Assembly (NCBI GenBank): GCA_030390025.1
Contig: JASTWF010000036.1
Location: 3,598,001-3,662,000, forward strand
DNA: 64,000 nt
Direction of reading: 5' to 3'
Source of the DNA: Squalus acanthias
Lineage: Eukaryota
Positions 37,745-50,887 of the stretch are shown in pieces (position 1 is the stretch's first letter; each line of letters begins with the position of its first letter). The notes beneath the pieces are model-generated. The model had not been told where the DNA came from, did no database searches, and saw only the letters and a program-made list of their open reading frames with translations. The position numbers were made by a program, and so were the translations under genes.

Positions 37745-38630
37745 AAAGAAAGACTTGCATTTATATAGCGCCTTTCACGACTTCAGGACATCCCAAAGTG
37801 CTTTACAGCCAATGAAGTATCTTTGCAGTGAAGTCAGGTATGGCTCAGTGGGCAGCACACTCTCCTCTGGAAGTTAGTAAAGGTCGTGGGTTCAAATCCC
37901 ACTCCAGGGGCTTGAGCACAAAATCTAGGCTGACACTCCAGTGGAGTGCTGTGCTGTCTTTTGGATGAGATGTTAAACTGAGGCCCTGTCTACTCTCTCA
38001 AGTGGACGTAAAAGATCCCATGATACTATTTTGAAGAAGAGCAGGGAAGTTATCCCTGGTGTCCTGGTTGATATTTATCCCTCAATCAACAGAACAAAAA
38101 ACAGATGATCTGGTCATTATCACATTGCTGTTTGTGGGAGCTTGCTGTGCGCAAATTGGCTGCCGCGTTTCCCACATTCCAACAGCGACTCCACTTCAAA
38201 AGTACTTCATTGGCTGTAAAGTGCTTTGGGATGTCCGGTGGTCGTGAAAGGCACAAGATAAATGCAAGTCTTTCTTTTTAAGTAGGGAAGCACGGCAGCC
38301 AATTTGCGCACAAACAGCAATGAGATAAATGATGAGATAATCTGTTTTTTAGTGATGTTGGTTGAGGGATAAATATTGGCCAGGACACCGGGGAGAACTC
38401 CCCCCTGCTCTTCTTCAAAATAGTGCTATGGGATCGTTTCCGTCCATTTGTTTAATGTCTTATCTGAAAGACAGCACCTCTGACAATGCAGCATTCCCTC
38501 AGCACTGCACTGGAGTGTCAGCCTAGATTATGTGTTCAAGTCTCTGGAGTGGGCCTTGAACTCGCAACCTTCTGACTCAGAGGTGTCAGCCTTGGCTCAG
38601 TGGTAGCACTGTCACCTCTGAGTCAAGTGA
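37745..38630. mobile_element. Nested Deu-domain SINEs (plus-strand copy ~37833-38280 inside a minus-strand copy)
   Basis: Minus copy: tail at 37745-37830, body resumes at 38281. Confidence 0.8.
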
Positions 38631-38649
38631 ATGTTGATTATTTTATAGA

Positions 38650-40640
38650 CTCATAGAATCATAGAAAGTTACAGCACGGAAGGAGGCCATTTCGGCCCAT
38701 CGTGTCCGTGCCGGCCAACAAAGAGCTATCCGGCCTAATCCCACTTCCCAGCTCTTTGTCCGTAGCCCTGCAGGTTAGAGCATCCCAAGTGCACATCCAA
38801 GTACTTTTTAAATGTGGTTAGGGTTTCTGCCTCTACCACCCTTTCAGACAGTGAGTTCCAGACCCCCACAACCCTCTGGGTGAAGAAATTTCCCCTCAAA
38901 TCCCCACTAAACCTTCCCCCAATTACTTTAAATCTGTGCCCCTGGTTTTTGACCCCTCTGCTAAGGGAAATAGGTCCTTTCTATCCACTTTATCTATGCC
39001 CCTCATAATTTTATACACCTCAATAAGGTCTCTGCTCAGCCTCCTCTGTTCCAAGGAAAACAGACCCAGCCTATCCAGTTATTCCTCATAGCTAAGATTC
39101 TCTACTCCGGCAACATCCTTGTAAATCTCCTCTGTACCCTCTCTAGTGCAATCACATCTTTCCTGTAATGTGGTGACCAGAACTGCACGCAGTACTCTAG
39201 CTGAGGCCTAACTAGTGTTTTATGCAGTTGAAGCATAACCCCCTGCTCGTGTATTTTATGCCACGGCTAATAAAGGCAAGCATTCCGTATGCCTTCTTAA
39301 CCACCTTATCTACCTGGCCTGCTAGGGATCTGTGGACATGCACTCCAAGGTCCCTTTGTTCCTCTACACTACTCAGTGTCCTACTATTTAATGTATATTC
39401 CCTTTCTTTGTTAGCCCTCCCCAAATGCATTACCTCACACTTCTCCGGATTGAATTCCATTTGCCACTGTTCTGCCCACCTGACCAATTTATTGATATTT
39501 TCCTGCAGTCTACAGCTTCCTTCTTCAGTATCAACCACACGGCCGATTTTAGTATCATCTGCAAACTTCTTAATCATACCCCCTATATTCAAGTCTAGAT
39601 CATTGATATATACCACAAAAAGCAAGGGACCGAGTACTGAGCCCTGCGGAACCCCACTCGAAACAGCCTTCCAGTCACAAAAACACCCATCAACCATTAC
39701 CCTCTGCTTCCTGCCTCCAAGCCAGTTTTGAATCCAACTTGACACTTTGCCCTGGATCCCATGAGCTTTTAACTTCGTGACCAGTCTGCCATGTGGAACC
39801 TTATCAAAAGCCTTGCTAAAGTCCATATACACTACATCAAACGCACTACCCTCATCTACCCTCCTTGTTACCTCCTCAAAAAATTCAATCAAGTTTGTCA
39901 GAAACGACCTTCCCTTAACAAATCCGTGCTGACTATCCTTGATTAATCCTGCCATGAAATGAAGATTTATCCTGTCCTTCAGAATTCTTTCCAATAATTT
40001 TCCCACCACCGAGGTTAGGCTGACTGGCCTGTAATTACTCGGTCTATCCTTTTCTCCCTTTTTAAACAAGGGTACCACATTAGCAGTCCTCCAGTCCTCC
40101 GGCACCACACCTGAAGCCAGAGAGGATTGAAAAATGATGGTCAGGGCCTCTGCTATTTCCTCTTTTGCTTCGCTTAACAGCCTGGGATACATTTCATCTG
40201 GGCATGGGGATTTATCCACTTTTAAAGCTGCTAAACCCCTTAATACTTCCTCTCTCACTATGTTTATTTCATCTAATATTTCACACTCCTCCCCGCTGAT
40301 AGCAATGTCTGCTTCGCCCCTCTCCTTTGTGAAAACAGACGCAATGTATTCATTAAGAACCCTACCGGCATCTCCCGCCTCCACACACAGATTACCCTCA
40401 TGATCTCTAATAGGCCCTACCCTTTCTTTAGTTATCCTCTTACTCTTAATATATTTATAAAACATCTTTGGGTTTTCCTTGATTTTACTTGCCAAGAATT
40501 TTTCATGCTCTCTCTTTGCTTTCCGAATATCCTTTTTAATTGCACCCCTGCACTTTCTGTACTCCCCTAAATATTCTGGAGCATTTAGCCCTCGGTATCT
40601 GTCATACGCCTCCCTTTTTTTTTATCCTACCCTGTATGTT
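38650..40640 (-). mobile_element. CR1 with a 427-aa open RT segment (39212-40495), frameshifted downstream
   Basis: [36 protein letters not shown] and KFADDTK motifs; catagaatcataga tail. Confidence 0.93.
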
Positions 40641-41080
40641 GCCAAATGCTGGGCTGAGGCAGCACGGGACCAACAGGCTCCCCCGACCTCTGTGGCAGAG
40701 CACAAGTCTTTGGTTTCCGCGCAAGTATGGAACGTTGCGGATGCGCACAACTTCACTGGGCAGCAAGAACTCTGGTGCACAAATTTGTGGGGCTTGCCCA
40801 GGGGCGACTTGAACAAGGTGTGTTGAGGCTGCAAAAGAACGCTGGGTTCAGTCAGCGAACACCAGCATGCCGACAGACTGGGGAGCAAGTGGAGTTCTTC
40901 CACGTTGGTGTAGGCGGTGGCATTCAGCAAGGAAGCACGTGTGGGCAGATGGGTGTAAACTGTGGCTCCCTTGATCATGGGGAATCCTGCCACTCTGTAA
41001 AATTGTAATGCCCAGTCATATTGCTGCCGATTGACTTTGAAGTTGGTAGCTCCATCAAACAGTGATGTCTCTGGTGGCAT
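40640..41080 (-). mobile_element. Decayed PIF/Harbinger transposase fragment
   Basis: FYRVAGFPMIKGATVYTHLPTRA..AYTNVEELH resembles the HARBI1/DDE_Tnp_4 pattern F..IAGFP.V.GAIDCTH...RAP....NRKG.H. The catalytic D is lost. Confidence 0.55.
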
Positions 41081-41708
41081 AAGAACATAAGAAATAGGAG
41101 CAGGAGTAGGCCATTCGAGCCTGCTCTGTCATTCAATGAGATCATGGCTGATCTTCTGCCTCAACTCCATTCACCGGCCCTATCACCATATCCCTTGATG
41201 CCCTTACTAGTCAGAAATCTATTAACTTCTGTTTTGAATATACCCAATGACTGAGCCTCCACAGCCCTCTGGGGTAGAGAATTCCAAAGATTCACCACCC
41301 TCTGTGTGAAGAAATTTCTTCTCATCTCAGTCCTGAATGGCCTACCCTTTATCCTGAGGCTGTGGCCCCTGGTTCTAGACTCCCCAGCCAAGGGAAACAT
41401 TCTCCCAGCATCCACCCTATCAAGCCCTGCAATCATTTTGCATGCTTCAATGAGATCCCCTCTCATTCTTCTGAATTCAAGAGAATGCAGGCCTAGTTTA
41501 CTCAATCTCTTCTCATACGACAGTCCCGCCATCCCAGGAATCAATCTCGTGAACCTTCGTTGCCCTCCCTCTATGGCAAGTAAATCCTTCCTTAGGTAAG
41601 GAGGCCAAAATTGTACACAGTACTCCAGGTGTGGTCTCACCAATGCCCTATATAATTGGAGTAAGACTTCTTAACTCCTGTACTCAAATCCTCTTGTAAT
41701 GAAGGCCA
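41077..41708 (-). mobile_element. CR1 3' fragment
   Basis: ORF 41161-41643. Confidence 0.9.
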
Positions 41709-41875
41709 GGCTGGAATTACTCCATATTGCTTAAATGTCAAGGGAGTTGTGATTTTACATGGCAGGTGGGTGCCGTGGATCTTCAATGCAGCCTGACCTT
41801 CCTCTATTTCTCCCCCTCTAATTTATCTTCATAAAAATCAAAAGATATAGGTGAGTCCCCAATGGGAAACCCATT

Positions 41876-42385
41876 GTCATAGAGTCATAATGGCACAGAA
41901 GGAGGCCATTCGGCCCATCGAGTCCGTGCCAGCTCTCTGTAGAACAATCCAGTCAGTCCCATTCCTCCGCTCTATCCCCGTAGCCCTGCAAGTTTATTTC
42001 CCTCAAGTGCCTATCCAGTCTCCCCTTGAAAACATTGAGTGTCTCCGCTTCCACCACTTCCGTCAGCAGCGAGTTCCAGGTCCTCACCACTCGCTGCGTA
42101 AAAAAGTTTTTCCTCACGTCTCCCCTGTATCTCTTGCCCAAAACCTTAAATCTGTGTCCCCTAGTCCTTGTACCATCAACTAGTGGGAACAGCCTTTCCC
42201 CGTCTAGCCTATCTAAACCCGTCATAATCTTGTACACCTCTATCAAATCACCCATCAACCCCCTTTGCTCTAATGAAAACAAATCCAGATTCTCCAACCT
42301 GTCCTTGCAGCTAAGACCCCCCATCCCCAGAACCATTCTGGTAAATCTCCTCTGCACCCTCTCAAGGGCCTTCACATCCTTCCTA
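41876..42385 (-). mobile_element. Young CR1 3' fragment, closely similar to 53663-54208
   Basis: ORF 41953-42471; near-identical 3' UTR. Confidence 0.9.
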
Positions 42386-43599
42386 ATGGCTCTGTGTGAA
42401 ATGGTAGGGGGCAGGGGTTGGGGGCAATGGTAACCCCTCAGCAAATGCCAAAAAGTAGTCGGCAACAGCATAAATAAAGGTCACAAGTAAGTTTCGAAGT
42501 GATGCAACAAATGTTGATGTGCTACGCTTTAAATTCTCTTCCATCTTCTGCCGTTCACCTAACAGCCCAGGGCAGCCATTTTAGACAGGTGCGTAGAAGA
42601 AACAGCATAGATGAGGCAGAAATGACGGAGAAGTGGGCTCATGGCATCATTTACATACAGCTCCCCAAAATGGGCAGGCGTTGCCCGCAGCCATCAGAAA
42701 GAAGTGGCCACACTGGTGGGCAGAGATCCACATCATGGCACTGCGCCCAATTGTCCAACAGGGGTCACCCAATTTATGCTTGCAAATCGGGCAGACCCGA
42801 TTGGGAAATCCAGGCTCATTTTCAGCCTTAGCACACTTGAGGGGGGGGGGGGGGAAAGACTCCCCTTTTTCCTGTCGCTTCTCTGTCACATCCCAGTGGA
42901 GAGGATGGGCAGGTAATCTGCACCATGGCATCAGCCAACAAGAGTTTGGAAAACTGCAAAAACAGGAGCTTTGCAAGATCTCCTGAATAGCGACTCTGCA
43001 CAATGGGCGAGGGGGTAATTATTCATTCAATGCCCCAGTACGTGCTGGAGCTGCATGTGCTGAAGTGAGGGTTACCACATTGATATCAAGCAACACATTC
43101 ATAAGCTTACCTACACATCCGGTATGCAGTTTAGAAAGCAGGCTCTTGCCACTATCTGTTCACAAGATGGAGAATGTCTGCTTTTACTGGACTGAGGCAG
43201 GTTAGGGGAATTGCGTGCAGAACATTATCAAACTGAAGGTCAGGGCTAAAATGCACAGTAATCCAATTTACAGATAAATAAAAGGGTAATTTAAAAAAAA
43301 AAAAAATTCCTGGGATGTGGGCACCACTGGCCAGGCCAGCATTTATTGCCCATCCCTAATTGCCCTCGAGAAGGTGGTGGTGAGCCGCCTTCTGGAACCG
43401 CTGCAGTCCGTGTGGTGAAGGTACTCCCACAGTGCTGTTAGGGAGGGAGTTACTTTCTCTTCGCGGTTTGGTAGAACGGAGTGGCTTGCCATTTCAGAAG
43501 GCAGTTAAGAATCAACCACATTGCTGTGGCTCAGGAGTCAGACTGGATAAGGATGGCAGATTTCCTTCCTTTCTTTCTGGCGCAAAAACACAAAAGGAA

Positions 43600-45572
43600 A
43601 AGCGGCCCAACCATGGCTAACAAAAGAAATTAAGGACAGTATTAGATCCAAAGAGGAGCCATATAAAGTTGCCAGAAAAAGTAGCAAGCCTGAGGATTGG
43701 GAGCAGTTTAGAGTTCAGCAAAAAAGGACCAAGAGATTGATTAAGAGGGGAAAAATAGAGTACAAGAGTAAACTTGCAAGGAACATAAAAGCAGATTGTA
43801 AAAGCTTCTACAAGTATGTAAAAAGATTAGTGAAGACAACTGTAGGTCCCTTACAGCCAGAAACAGGAGAATTTATAATGGGGAACAAGGAAATGGCAAA
43901 GCAATTAAACAAATACTTTGGTTCTGTCTTCACAGAAAGGACACAACTTCCCACAAATGCTAGGGAACCAAGGGTCTAGTGAGAAGGAGAAATTAAATGA
44001 AATTAGTATTAGTAAAAAAAGTGCTGGAGAAATTAATGGGACTGAAAACCAATAAATCCCCAGAGCCTGATAATCTGCATCCCAGAGTACTAAAAGAGGT
44101 AGCCATGGAAATAGTGGATGCATTGGTTGTCATCTTCCAAAATTCTATAGATTATGGAACAGTTCCTGCAGATTGGAGGGTGGCAAATGTAACCCCACTA
44201 TTTAAAAAGAAAGAAAACAGGGAACTACAGACCAGTTAGCCTCACATCAGTAGTAGGGAAAATGCTAGAGTCTGTTATAAAGGATGTGATAACAGGACAC
44301 TCAGAAAATATCAACGGGATTAGACAAAGTCAACATGGATTTATGAAAGGTAAATCGTGTTTGACAAACCTACTGGAGTTTTTTTTTGAGGATGTAACTA
44401 GTAGAATAGATAAGGGAGAACCAGAGGATGTGGTGTATTTGGATTTTCAGACGGCCTTTGATAAAGTCCCACATAAGAGGCTAGTGTGCAAAATTAAAGC
44501 ACATGGGATTGGGGGTAATATCCTGGCATGGATTGAAAATTGGTTGACAGAAAACAGAGCGTAGGAACAAATGGGTCTTTTTCAGGGTGGCAGGCGGTGA
44601 CTAGTGGGGTACCGCAGGGATCAGTGCTTGGGCCCCAGCTATTCACAATATATATCAATGATTTGGATGAGGGAACCAAATGTAATACTTCCAAGTTTGC
44701 TGACAACACGAAACTAGATGGGATTGAGAGTTGGGAGGAGGCTTCAAGGCGATTTAGACAAGTTGAGTGAGTGGGCAAATACATGGCAGATACAGTATAA
44801 TGTGGATAAATGTGAAGTTATCCACTTCGGTAGGAAAAACAGAAAGGCAGAGTATTATTTAAATAGTGATAGATTGGGAAATGTTGACCTGGGTGCCCTT
44901 GTACACCAGTCACTGAAAGCAAACATGCAGGTGCAGCAAGCAGTTAGGAAGGCAAATGGTACATTGGCCTTCATTGCAAGAGGATGAGAGTACAGGAGCA
45001 AGGATGTCTTACTAGTTATACAGGGCCTTGGTGAGACCACACCTGGAGTAGTGTGTGCAGTTTTGGTCTCCTTACCTAAGAAAGGATATACTTGCCATAG
45101 AGGGAGTGCAGCGAAGGTTCACCAGACTGATCCCTAGGATGGCAGGACTGTCGTATGAGAAGAGATTGGGTCGACTAGGCCTGTATTCACTAGAGTTTAG
45201 AAGAATGAGAGGGGATCTCATTGAAACCTATAAAATTCTGACCGGGCTAGAGACAGACTGAATGCAGGGAGGATGTTTCCCCTGGCTGGGGGGGTCTAGA
45301 GTGAGGGGTCAGTCTCAGGATACGGGATGGGACATTTAGGACCGAGATGAGGAGAAATTTCTTCACTCAGAGGGTGGTGAACCTGTGGAATTCTCTACCA
45401 CAGAAGGCTGTGGAGGCCAAGTCACTGAATATATTTAAGAAGGAGAGATAGATTTCTAGACACAAAAGGCAGCAAGGGGTATGGGGAGAGAGCGGGAATA
45501 TGGTATTGAGATAGAGGATCAGCCATGATCATATTGCATGGCCGACTCCTGCTCCTATTTTTCTATGTTTCT
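43600..45572 (+). mobile_element. Decayed CR1 (RT to 3' UTR) inserted into a minus-strand SINE (43305-43570, 45573-45725)
   Basis: Fragmented RT ORFs at 43737-45261; the SINE flanks are collinear. Confidence 0.88.
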
Positions 45573-45857
45573 AAAGGGCATTAATGAACTAGATGGGTTT
45601 TTAAACAACAATCCGGTAGTTACATGGTCAACGTTACCGATAGTAGCTTTACATACAAGATTGGGATCATTGGTCCAGGCCTCTGGATTACTAGTCCAGT
45701 AACGTAACCACTATGCTACCATTCCCTTCATTCCACATTCCCAGTGGGGATTCGTACTCAGGAAGCATGGATCAGAGAGGTTGGCATACAATGTTGTAGA
45801 CCTATTCCAACCCCTGCTACCTCAGGAGCGTCGAATTATCCTTATTTATAGTCAGTC

Positions 45858-46305
45858 AGTGTCAGCTGTGGCTCAGTGGGTAGCACACTCGCCTGAGTCA
45901 GAAGGTTGTGGGTTCAAGTCCCACTCCAGGGACTTGAGCACATAAAGCTAGGCTGACACTCCAGTGCCGTACTGAGTGAGTGCTGCGCTGTCTGAGGTGC
46001 TGTCTTTCGGATGAGATGTTAAACCGAGGCCCTGTCTGCTCTCTCAGGTGGACGTAAAAGATCCTGTGGCACTATTGAGTAGAGGAGTTCTCCCTGGTGT
46101 CCTGGCCAATATTTATCCCTCAATCAACATAAAAACAGATTATCTGGTCATTACCACATTGCTGTTTGTGGGAGCTTGCTGTGCACAAATTGGCTGCCGC
46201 ATTTCCCACATTACAACAGTGACTCCACTTCAAAAGTACTTCATTGGCTGTAAAGCGCTTTGAGACGTCCGGTGGTTGTGAAAGGCGCTATATAAGTGCA
46301 AGTAT
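45858..46305 (+). mobile_element. Deu-domain tRNA SINE, full length
   Basis: A box tggctcagtgg, B box ggttcaagtcc, Deu-like core, tail aaaggcgctatataagtgcaagt shared with L2. Confidence 0.88.
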
Positions 46306-46909
46306 TTTTTTTATATATAAAAGGGTTAGTTTGGCTCAGCCAGTTGTACTCTTGCTTCCAAAGGTTCTGGGTTCTATCCCCACTGCAGGATTTGAGTATC
46401 TAAATCTAGACCACCACTGGTACATTGACAGGTTTGCCATCTTTCAGACGAGAGGTTTAGAAACAACACCCCATCAAGTGGATGTTGAAGATCCTATGGC
46501 ACTATTCGAAGAACAGCAGGGAGTTCTCCTGGTGTCCTGGTCAACATTCCTCCCTCCACCAACACCAGATTATCTGGTAATTTATTGCATTGCTGCAGTC
46601 TTGGGAGCTTGCTGTGCATCAATTGATGGACATGGTTTGCCTACAGTAACTGCATTTCAAAAGTAATTAATTAGCTGTGAAGTGCTTTGGGACACACAAG
46701 ATTGTACATAAATTAAGAAACCTCGAGTTCAGATCTGAAATTCTCCCTCCCCCACCCCCAAAACCCATTCAAAAGGGAAACCTTCAAAACCATTACTGGT
46801 TAGTAAGCTGGAAGACTATCAAAATGGCTGCCTCTCCCTTATGAGACACTGCAATGAGTAGAGAGAACTGCAGAAGAGTGTTTAAATAAAAAAAGACACG
46901 CATTATAGA

Positions 46910-49188
46910 GATGGTGTACAACCTAGAAAATGTTTATTTTTGCCACATACAGAACACCAAAAATCTCTTGACACTTGAATATATATAAGGAGCCATATTG
47001 AAAGTAGCATGCGGTCACATTTCCATGCTGAACGAGATCAGAAAAATACATCAAATTTAGAATTCTACCAAAGTGCCTCCAACCCTCCACATTACTGTAG
47101 GGGTGGGGGGCACAAAATTGTAGAACAGCCATAAACCTTGGGAGAGGCTCAAGAAACCTCCAAGACTGCCCCAACTTCAAACTTGCAGAAGCTCCACCCT
47201 TATTCCAGTAGGAGAGGAATTTATTTTTTATTTTTTTTTAAAATATAAACATGAAGTATTTTTGACATTGAAAAAAGAGTTAGGATGTTCTTCAAAAATT
47301 AGCAAGGATCTTTTGAGCACTTTTTGGGAGGTGGGGTGGCCAGAAGAGATAACCCAAAGTCTTGGCCCCCACCCCAAAAAAAACATACTAGGGTCCTAAT
47401 TTTTCTCCTCAAACAACATTTTTCAGGAGGAGAGACTAGAAGAAAGCATTTTCTCTGAAGACTTCAAGATGGCGACAATATTAAGCTTAATTTTTAGAAA
47501 AGCAGTTTTTGGCACCGACCAGCTGCTCTCATTACTTGACCAAGTCAGGCGGCACACTGGACAATTGCATTATTCTCATCCCAGACAGTAATCTCTGGAA
47601 AGAGATGGATCAGGCCCGCTTATTCCCACAATGCATTAAGACAGCCCTTGCATGTACTCAGTGGAGACACAAAGACCCCATTATAGCCACCTATCCGCCC
47701 AACCGTAGAGCCTGGTCCAAAATGCAGCTTAAAAAAAAAATCTCTTGGTCTTTGCCCCCCACCCCCTTCACTTTTGACATAAAAGCTCAAAACAATTCCA
47801 CAAGTGACCGTGGCATTTGCTCAATAGGCACAGTAATAGTAGGGAGGCAGAGGGCAAATGGAGCAATGGAAGGAGTTAAATAACTTGCGACCAGCATTGG
47901 GCAGGCCATGTTTTGGGAAGGCCTCAAGCTGCGATATTGGGGTGCACAGTACTATCACTTTGTTGCCAGCCGTTAACCAGATTTCACGCACAATCTTCTA
48001 AAAGGCCTCACCCAAAATACACATTTCAGCATCTTGCACCATGGAGTCGGATTAATACACACCCACACAAGGTGTGCTAGCTGAGGTATCCCATCAACAT
48101 GAAAAATTATTTTCTACGCCTCTACTCTGCAATGCCGTTTGTCAACGTAGTTTACAAATCTCACCGGGGTAGTGAGGCAAAGCCGGAGCGCAAGGGGAGA
48201 AACACATTAGCGCCAGCCCTGCTGGGTTAGACTGTCCTGGATATTGGAGACTTTTTTTTTTTTAAATGCACTGGAGTTTAAGATTAACAAAACTATCAGC
48301 CGCACATGGATAATGAGACAGAAAAGGGTCCAAGTACAAAAGGATCTTGATCGGATAATCTGAAGAAATATAAATTTTAAAACATACATTCACAACGAGT
48401 AATGTCATAGACCCAAATTCCTTTGGTTGATTCCTAAAGCTGTAAGGGGAGGGGAAATAAAAAACTCCTTTCCTGACTTCCAAGCCATAAAATTGACAGC
48501 AATGCCCTCTTAAAACAAACCTTATTAAGCCCCTCTTTCCCACACGTACTTTTCCCCGCCACCCCCCCCCCCTCCCCTCGCAACAGTGAGGTTACGTGCA
48601 CACTCGCAAAAACAACTCGAACAGAGGAGAGCGTTGTACCTTTAAGATTGTGGCCGGTCAGAAGATACAGAAGTCTCACAACTGCACCCATTTGTGGAAG
48701 ATGTTGAGCAACTGTGTGCCTGATAATTAGGGAAAACATACACCAATGTGCGGTCCAACTCAAACCGACCAGAACAAGGTTCCCTAGAACGAGGGGATAG
48801 ACCTCACCCTAGATCATGGCCCGACAGCACTTTCTGCAAGGGCTCCCAAAAGACGAATGAGAGCCCCACTGTGCTGCAGAATAAGATTTGGCATTTTTTT
48901 TTGCTTCTTTCTTTCGAGCGAGCTGAATATTTGCAGTCCCTTCAAAAGAGGAACAGGAGGTGCCTGAAACAAACTGGGCGATGAGCTGCATTTGGCGAGT
49001 CGGTCCATTTAGGTTTTAGTATTTATATATTTTAAAAAAAGTAATGTCAAAAAGTAGGATAGAAAAAAAAGATAGACATTCATTTTCTTTTAAGGAAAGA
49101 ATTTTCATTGTGATTAACATTCACAGTTGTGGCAAAAAAATACAAACAAAAATATATATCCAATGAAAGTTGGCATTTAAGATGGAGA
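46910..49188 (-). other. CD63: Putative long CD63 3' UTR (~2.3 kb)
   Basis: Repeat-free, A/T-tract-rich sequence directly after the stop. It ends at a minus-strand AATAAA (46933-46938) with an upstream TGTA and a downstream GT/T-rich element. Confidence 0.5.
46933..46938 (-). terminator. Candidate polyadenylation signal AATAAA for CD63
   Basis: Minus strand reads ctgtatgtggcaaaAATAAAcattttctaggttgtacacc...tgcgtgtctttttt. Confidence 0.5.
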
Positions 49189-49254
49189 CTACATCACTTC
49201 ATAGCCACTTCGGATGCCTTTCATCAGCACACATGCGAAGATAATTCCAAGGAG
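49189..49254 (-). CDS. CD63: CD63 last coding exon, 66 bp including stop
   Basis: Encodes LLGIIFACVLMKGIRSGYEVM*. The C-terminal GYEVM lysosomal YxxPhi motif is diagnostic of CD63. Acceptor ccctttttcag. Confidence 0.97.
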   Translation of the reverse strand, partial: LLGIIFACVLMKGIRSGYEVM

Positions 49255-50339
49255 CTGAAAAAAGGGAATTTCTTTTTTAATATAATATAAAAGTACAAAA
49301 AAAAGACATTTTAAGCACATAAAATACACTAAAAACCTATTAACTGGTCATTCATGTCACACAAAATGGCTGCCTCATTTGCCAACAGAATATCCAATGT
49401 TGCATATATTTTCCAATTGCTGCTGTCTTGGCAAGAATGCTCAACACACTTGTACCAAATTCCTGCCAACAACATTTTAAACATCAGCATTAGCCCAAAA
49501 CAGTGCCCATCAGAAAATATACGGCTCCACTTCAAATAAATACACCGTCTATGAAGCGCTGAGATGGTTCAGAGATACAAAAGGCAATCTAAATGCAAGC
49601 TAGCCTTCTCTAAATCTTGATCTGCAGATGGCTGCTTTAGGAGGGTATCCTCACCGGAGACAGCAGGCACAGGGTTCATAGTTGGCATTGCTTTTAATTG
49701 GTTCAATTCTGAAGCACAAGCTTTACTGTCCACATCAGAGAACTGGTATCTTGCAAGAAACAGCATTGTAAGACCCTTCTAGTCACATGATCAGTAACGG
49801 GCACAGATGATGAAACAAGAGGATGTGCCAAGAGAGCGATTTTGAGCCTGTGTCTCTTTTTCTAACTCATTCTTTCCCAAGCTCTCAAAACCAAGGAACT
49901 TCCTCCTACAAACCACAGACTTGTAAAAACCGGAGGTCAGTGGAACCGATCCATTACTTCTCAGTTTGGTTTAAGCTTGCTCTCCTGGTCCTGGGTCTTC
50001 TCCACCTTGGTGGTTGGGCCCAGAGTTCAGGTTTCACAAAAACATTTTTTTTTTTTAAAAAAGGTTGATTCCTCAATAGGTTGAGAATCAAGTGAAACAT
50101 TTGACAGGACTGGGCTGTAGAACAGACTGTGGTGTGGTGACTGCAGGTCTCAGTGGCCACCTGTACAAGTTAGACATTATGATCTGACAGTTTATTACAG
50201 AGGAAGTGTATTCGTTATCGGAGATAACAAAGGATCAGACCTCCAGATAAGAGTTTTCTCCATTTGGAAACTGCCAGTCAAAAATGGCCGAAACACTCAT
50301 TTTAAAACTCCCCCCCACCCCCGCTTCATGCATTCACAT

Positions 50340-50887
50340 CCATTCCACCATCTACAAGGCACAAGTAAGGAGTGTGATGGAATACTCTCCACTTGCTTGG
50401 ATGAGTGCAACTCCAACAACACTCGAGAAGCTCAACACCATCCAGGACAAAGCAGCCCGCTTGATTGGCACCCCATCCACCACCTTAAACATTCACTCCC
50501 TCCACCACCGGCGTACCGTGGCTGCAGTGTGCACCATCTACAAGATGCACTGCAGCATCTCGCCAAGGCTTCTTCGGCAACACCTCCCAAACCCGTGACC
50601 TCTTCCACCTAGAAGGACAAGGGCAGCAGGCGCATGGGAACACCACCACCTCCAAGTTCCCCTCCAAGTCACACACCATCCTGACTTGGAAGTATATCAC
50701 TGTTCCTTTATCGTCACTGGGTCAAAATCCTGGAACTCCCTCCCTAACAGCACTGTGGGAGCACCTTCACCACACGGACTGCAGCGGTTCAAGAAGGCGG
50801 CTCACCACCACCTTCTCAAGGACAATTAGGGATGGGCAATAAATGCTGGCCTTGCCAGCGACGCCCACATCCCATGAACAAATAAAA
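50340..50887 (+). mobile_element. CR1-group LINE 3' fragment (distinct family) in the last CD63 intron
   Basis: TIYKAQVRSVMEYSPLAW..IQDKAARLIG; a second copy lies at 58773-59213. Confidence 0.85.

Noticed and set aside
45858..45925. tRNA genes at SINE heads
   Set aside because: A and B boxes are present but run into SINE bodies, with no complete cloverleaf.
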